Below are positions 58,301 through 64,000 of a DNA stretch of 64,000 bases, piece by piece (within the stretch, counting starts at the first letter, position 1; the number at the start of each line of letters is the position of its first letter). The stretch lies in assembly GCA_002104945.1 (NCBI GenBank), contig MCFH01000003.1:620001-684000 (forward strand). The letters run 5' to 3'. Origin of the DNA: Piromyces finnis finn (Eukaryota > Fungi > Neocallimastigomycota). The translations under genes and the position numbers were made by a program. The notes beneath the pieces are model-generated. The model had not been told where the DNA came from and searched no databases. It worked only from the letters and a program-made list of their open reading frames with translations.

Positions 58301-58738
58301 GTACAAGATGTAGATGTAATTTTTATATATTATTTTTTCATATCTGTATACATTTTCAATATAAATTTGTAGTATATTACATTATAAATATTTACATATA
58401 AAACAGTTTTAGCCAATAGAAATCAATGTTTCACAGAATTACAAATTGAACAAGTTTTATTAATATATTGAATTTAACCCATAGATAATATATAATGAAT
58501 AATTAATGGATACAAAAATTTAATATAATGAACATATAAATTATATTATGTTTAATATATATTAATAATATATAAAATGAAAATAAATTAAAACAAAAAA
58601 AGAAATTGTTTGTAACACTTGAAAAAGTATAAATAATATAAAAAAAAATTTATATTTAAATGATTTTTACTGATTTTAAAGTTTTAAACAAAAATATTAA
58701 AATTTGTAAATTTTGAAAATAAAAAAGAAAGGAAAATA

Positions 58739-58774
<36 letters not shown>

Positions 58775-59602
58775 AAAATTTTGTTTATAATTATTAAACA
58801 TTGTTGAACGACGTATCAAAAAATTACAAAAAAAAAAAAAAAAAAAAAAAAAGGAATTATAACAAATATAAATATCTATATCAGATGATATTTATTAAAT
58901 ACATTTATGAATATATATAGAAAAGTAGTAAATTAATTTATTTATAAAATGAAATTATGCGATGAAAATAAAAAAACCAATATATTTTTCATAATCTATA
59001 ATTCTTTTTCTTTTATAGTAATTTTTAATTGAGTGTAATTAAGGCTAAAGAAAAAAAAAAAGATAAATTTAAATTTAGTCTATTGAGTTGGAAAAAATAA
59101 CAGCATGTTAATAATAATTTGTTTTTTTTTTAAATAAAATAATTAAAAATAATTAAAAATTGCACACAAAATTAAATAATAATAGAAAACCAATTTTATG
59201 ATTAAAAATAAAAATCATATATAATATATTAAAAAATTAAAAAAAAAAAGACAAAACAAAACAAAGTAAAAAAACTTGATATTCACTAATTTTAATTTAA
59301 GGCAATATTAATGCCATTTTAATGATAATTAATGTTAATATATATACATAATAAATAAATAAATAACTAAATAATAATAATAATAATAATAAAACACATA
59401 TAAAATAACTTTTTAATAATAAATGTTATTATATAAACAACAACAACAATAAAAAATACTAATTTAATACATTAATAAATAATAAGTAAACAAGTAAATA
59501 AAAGAATAAATTTAATATAAAATTATTTTTTAAAAAAAAAAGGTATTCTATTTTTGTCAAGAAAGTAATATATATTGAATTAAGAAAACATAATAAGTAT
59601 TA

Positions 59603-61261
59603 ATGGACGACTATCAAAAAGATTTGAATGAAATTAATATTAATGGTGCTAAATATTATAACTTTAATGCTACCTATGAGGGTACTTTTTGGTATTTTTT
59701 GCATACAAAAACACCTAGTGGAAGAATTTATATAATATTAAATTTTATATGCTTATTGTATTATCTAATACCATTAGTATGGATTATAAAATATAGAAAT
59801 TGGTATGTATTTAGGCAGAGAAATTTTATATTAACATTTATTGGTGGAATTGCAAACTATGTATGCACTGCATCAAATTCATTAACACAGATTTTGATGA
59901 TGCCATGTTCATTTACATATTATTCGGCAACTGTTGCAACTTCAATCATGCAAATTTGCTATGTTTTTCGTGCTTTTAGATTGATTCTTTTATACAAGTT
60001 AAATATCTTTAAAGTTACAATTCTTGATCAAAATAAATTTATTAAAAATTCAAAAGAAGGTACTTTGATTGAACCTAATATCTATTATAAATCAATTTAT
60101 AAATTGGTAAATAAAAGATTGGCATGGATTGTAATTCCAACTATAGAAATAATAATAGCAATAATAGCTATAGCTTTACATGTTAATGCATATTTAAAAC
60201 ATGGTCCAATTTGTGGCTTTACTCCCGTAGATATTAATATGAGAATTAATAGTGAAATTCATGGTAATGCATTTATCAACAAATATAATATAACTGATTT
60301 TTCTAAAGTACCGGATCAAGTAAGTACTTTTAGAGATATGAGACCAATGTTTCGTCTATCAGAGTATCTTACAATATTATTCATCTTAGTTTGTATTGTA
60401 ATATCAGTTATATTTGCTTCTACAAAAATCAAGGATGGTCAGAAGTTTGGTATTAAATTTGATTGTTTTAGTAGTGCAATTATTAGTATATTAATTGGTG
60501 TAGTATATTTCTATTTTAAAATTCAAATGGGTGATATAGTAAAATCAAATGTTGATGAAAAAAAAGATTTGAATTTATTTACAATGCATCAAATTTTCTT
60601 ACGAACTAAAAAAGGAATTATATTCTTTGTTATTATAGGTCTTTATATTCAACTCACATCAGTTATAATACCGTTAATTCAGTGTGTTTTAACAGAACGT
60701 GCAAATAAGGCTTATGAAAATGTACCAATCAATGAATTACAATATTTCTATAAGGTTTTACAGCAACCTGAATTAGTAGAAGAATTAAAAGCAATTGCTA
60801 TACAAGAATTTTCCGTAGAAAATATTTTATTTTGGGAAAATTATAGTCTTTTACATAAACTTATTATACGTGTAACAAAACATCATAAAGAAGTAGGTGG
60901 AAGCATAGATAATTATGATATGTTTTCTTTACAAGATATTATGTATAGTGAGAATTCTACTTCTTCTTCTTCAAATCGTTCGGAAGGAACATATGATCCA
61001 AATTATCCTTTATTACCTCAACTTGTTCCATATTTCAATTCGTTCTATTATACCTTTATTGATATTGATGGTCCAGCGGCTGTTAATATTACTGCAAGTA
61101 CAATTACAAGAATTAATTATGAATTGAATACTGACCCAACAGTTGGTATATTCGATGAAGCATTAAGTGAAGTTATAGAAATAATGTTCTTTTCAATCTA
61201 TCCTATCTTTTTAAGTCAAAATAGAAAACAAATTGGTGAATTATATGAAAAACAACTGTAA
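59603..61261 (+). CDS. 7TM receptor-like protein with C-terminal RGS domain
   Basis: Seven hydrophobic segments followed by RGS motifs AIQEFSVENILFWENY, FIDIDGPAAVNI and IFDEA. Confidence 0.8.
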   Translation: MDDYQKDLNEININGAKYYNFNATYEGTFWYFLHTKTPSGRIYIILNFICLLYYLIPLVWIIKYRNWYVFRQRNFILTFIGGIANYVCTASNSLTQILMMPCSFTYYSATVATSIMQICYVFRAFRLILLYKLNIFKVTILDQNKFIKNSKEGTLIEPNIYYKSIYKLVNKRLAWIVIPTIEIIIAIIAIALHVNAYLKHGPICGFTPVDINMRINSEIHGNAFINKYNITDFSKVPDQVSTFRDMRPMFRLSEYLTILFILVCIVISVIFASTKIKDGQKFGIKFDCFSSAIISILIGVVYFYFKIQMGDIVKSNVDEKKDLNLFTMHQIFLRTKKGIIFFVIIGLYIQLTSVIIPLIQCVLTERANKAYENVPINELQYFYKVLQQPELVEELKAIAIQEFSVENILFWENYSLLHKLIIRVTKHHKEVGGSIDNYDMFSLQDIMYSENSTSSSSNRSEGTYDPNYPLLPQLVPYFNSFYYTFIDIDGPAAVNITASTITRINYELNTDPTVGIFDEALSEVIEIMFFSIYPIFLSQNRKQIGELYEKQL

Positions 61262-61479
61262 TAAACCTTTGTGGTTTTCAAAAAATTTCATACATATATA
61301 TATATAAAATCCAAAAATAAATATTCTTTTTTTTTTTTTTTCTTTTTTATTATAACAAATACCCTATCATTTAATAATTTTTTTTACCTATATTAAAAAA
61401 ATAAGAAGGAAAGAACAAAGAAAAAAGAATATTAGAAATTAATTAATTCTATATATATATATATAAATGTAATATTCAT

Positions 61480-61514
<35 letters not shown>

Positions 61515-62096
61515 TAAAAGAAAAATATATACTTTTTATTTTATTTTATTTTATAGTTTTTTTTTTTTTTTTTTTTTTTTTTTCATTTTTTTCATTAGAG
61601 TAGTTGTAATAAATTAAGTAGTTTATCATTAAAAACTTTACAATCCATCATAATCTTTCTTTATTATAATATTTTTAATTCATTATAATAATTTTTTTCA
61701 TAAATAAAATAAAATAAAATAAAAATGTAAAAATAAAAACAGAAAAACAAATAAAAAATCAATATTTAAATTGTATATTGTGTAAAAGTCTTTTATATTT
61801 ATGTAATTATCATATACACATAAAGAATAAAATATATATAGTTCAAATTGATTTGCAAAACTTTTTCCTTATTTTCTTTGATTAAAAGTGTATTCAAATG
61901 TTTGGTTAGGTTAATTTTATTTTTTTTTTATTTTAATTAATATAATATTTTTTTTAATTAATTTAAATGTAATAATTCTTATTTAAAAAAGGAAATTATA
62001 AATAAAAAAAAAAAATAAGAAAAATAAATAAGGGTGAAATATATAAAAGGAATTTGTTTTTATTTTTCTTTAAATAGATATATATATATAAATAAT

Positions 62097-64000
62097 ATGT
62101 TGAGGCAACCATTACAACAAAATGTAGTTTTTAATATTCAACCACCACAACTACAAGAGCAACCAATTCAACCACAAATAAATATTAGTCGAGAACAAGA
62201 AACACCCGAAATTATACAAAATAAATTAGATAGTATACTGGAACAGTCACCTAATTCTATACGAAAATATTTGAAAAAACGAAATATTGATTTGGCTACA
62301 ATAAATTTAAATAGAAATCCTTTAATAAAAGGGATACAGGAAGAGTATCCTATAGAGAAATTACATTCACTTTTGAAAAACTTTTCATCATTTAAAAATA
62401 AAAAGCAGATAACAAAAACAGACATTGAAATAATAAAGTACGAAATTGAATTAAATAAAAAAATAAATTGTATACTAAGTACAAATCAACTAGAAGACTT
62501 GAAACAATTTTTAGAAAAAGAAAGTATAAATTTAAATTTTTTTAGAAATGATAATAATCCATTAATTTATGCTATTAAAAATGGAATTTCATTTAAACTC
62601 ATTGACTATCTTTTACAACATAATGTAAATATAAATTTTCATTTATGGAATGGAAGTACTCCACTAACAGAAGCTGCTATTACTAATAACAAAAAAGTTT
62701 TTAATTTATTGTTAAAAAAGGGTGCAAATGTAAATCATTTAAATTACGCAAAGGAAACACCACTAATATATCTTGTAAAACAAGGTGCCCTCACAAAATA
62801 TTATCTTTCTAAATTTTTAGAATATAACATTAATATAGACCATAGGGATAAAAATTATAATGCTGTACTTATGTACCTTACTAAATATAAAAAGGAAGGA
62901 TTAATGAAAGAATTACTTTATAAAATTGTTTTTAAAAATGCTCTTATCATTAGCCTCATTCAATTAGGTAAAAATAATATCAACATTAGTAATGAACAAT
63001 TAATAAATTTGATAGAGAATGGTCATTCTAGTTTTGATATTGATATTGTTGATGATAATCTCAACACTCCCTTAATGTTTGCATGTCAAGAAGGACACTA
63101 TAATATTGCGGATATTCTCATTCGTTTTAAAGCAGATGTTAATCGGGATAATATTGTTAATAATCGTCCGTTATTTTTTGCTTGTTCAAATAATAATTAT
63201 CAAATGGCAAAGCTTTTATTAGACACTTCCAAGGTGCAAATGAATCATAGAAATAAAAATGGAGATACAGAATTAGCGGTTGCTAGTGTAAATGATAATC
63301 CTCAATTAATAGAATTATTAATTGAACATCAATCGGATGTAAACTATATGAACAATAAAGGTCATTATCCTATTCATATTGCAACAATAAATAATAAATT
63401 AAACACCTTAAAAACGTTGTATCAACACGGTTCAGATATTCATTCTGACAATATTATTGGTAATCAATGCTTTGCTTTAGCATGTATTAATAGTTATGTG
63501 GAAATAATGGATTATTTATTAACTCTTAATGCTGATTATAATCATACAAATTATAATGGTGATAGTGCACTTCACCAATGCTGTATTCTACAAAAACAAG
63601 ATATGATTAATTATATTTTAGCTTTAGAAAATGTTAATATTGATATTCCAAATAGTTTTGGTTTTACCCCTTTCCTTATTGCCTGCAAAAAGAATAATCT
63701 TGATATGATAAAATCTTTTTTAAATCATAAAAAAGTGTCAGAAATAAATATAGATATTAAGAGTAACAGTGGTGATTTTCCCCTTTTTTATGCCACACAT
63801 TATAAGAATCTAGAATTAATTGAGATTTTATTAGAACAAAATGCAGATATGTATAATGAAAAAGATACAGATAAGTTAAATTGTTATACATCCTTTTTTA
63901 TGGCTTGTTCCTATTTTGGTAGTGTTGAAGTGCTTCAACTCTTTTTAGATCATGGTGTAGATGTTAATCGTGCAAATTCAGTTGGTCTTTATCCTCTTGG
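62097..64000 (+). CDS. Ankyrin-repeat protein (runs off the window end)
   Basis: ATG at 62097; many ankyrin repeats (GSTPLTEAA, NTPLMFACQEGH, GHYPIHIA, GFTPFLIAC). Absent from the ORF track because there is no stop inside the window. Confidence 0.9.
   Translation, partial: MLRQPLQQNVVFNIQPPQLQEQPIQPQINISREQETPEIIQNKLDSILEQSPNSIRKYLKKRNIDLATINLNRNPLIKGIQEEYPIEKLHSLLKNFSSFKNKKQITKTDIEIIKYEIELNKKINCILSTNQLEDLKQFLEKESINLNFFRNDNNPLIYAIKNGISFKLIDYLLQHNVNINFHLWNGSTPLTEAAITNNKKVFNLLLKKGANVNHLNYAKETPLIYLVKQGALTKYYLSKFLEYNINIDHRDKNYNAVLMYLTKYKKEGLMKELLYKIVFKNALIISLIQLGKNNINISNEQLINLIENGHSSFDIDIVDDNLNTPLMFACQEGHYNIADILIRFKADVNRDNIVNNRPLFFACSNNNYQMAKLLLDTSKVQMNHRNKNGDTELAVASVNDNPQLIELLIEHQSDVNYMNNKGHYPIHIATINNKLNTLKTLYQHGSDIHSDNIIGNQCFALACINSYVEIMDYLLTLNADYNHTNYNGDSALHQCCILQKQDMINYILALENVNIDIPNSFGFTPFLIACKKNNLDMIKSFLNHKKVSEINIDIKSNSGDFPLFYATHYKNLELIEILLEQNADMYNEKDTDKLNCYTSFFMACSYFGSVEVLQLFLDHGVDVNRANSVGLYPL

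Overview
Extremely AT-rich, intron-containing eukaryotic DNA. The composition, the (TTA)n/(TTTA)n microsatellites, a leaderless ketol-acid reductoisomerase and a bacterial-type intronless gene point to an anaerobic gut fungus (Neocallimastigomycota; inference). Left to right: a tandem cluster of four GT17 glycosyltransferase paralogs (one cut by the window edge, one stalk-only, one intact, one disrupted); an AAG/MPG-type DNA glycosylase mostly missed by the ORF track; MON2; PKA catalytic subunit; endonuclease III (NTH1); a degenerate hypothetical gene; a WD40 protein; an Asn-rich membrane protein; a bacterial-type CobW/COG0523 GTPase; a 7-kb head-to-tail pile-up of non-LTR retrotransposon insertions, including one intact 1507-aa single-ORF LINE; tRNA-Ala(UGC); ILV5/ilvC; a 7TM-RGS protein; and an ankyrin-repeat gene cut by the window edge. 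The most striking unexplained signal is at 52.9-53.6 kb, between the tRNA and the LINE ORF: an array of hairpins with a duplicated 79-nt unit, whose G.U wobbles all favour the LINE sense strand. This suggests a structured 5' leader or ribozyme of a possibly tRNA-targeted LINE.
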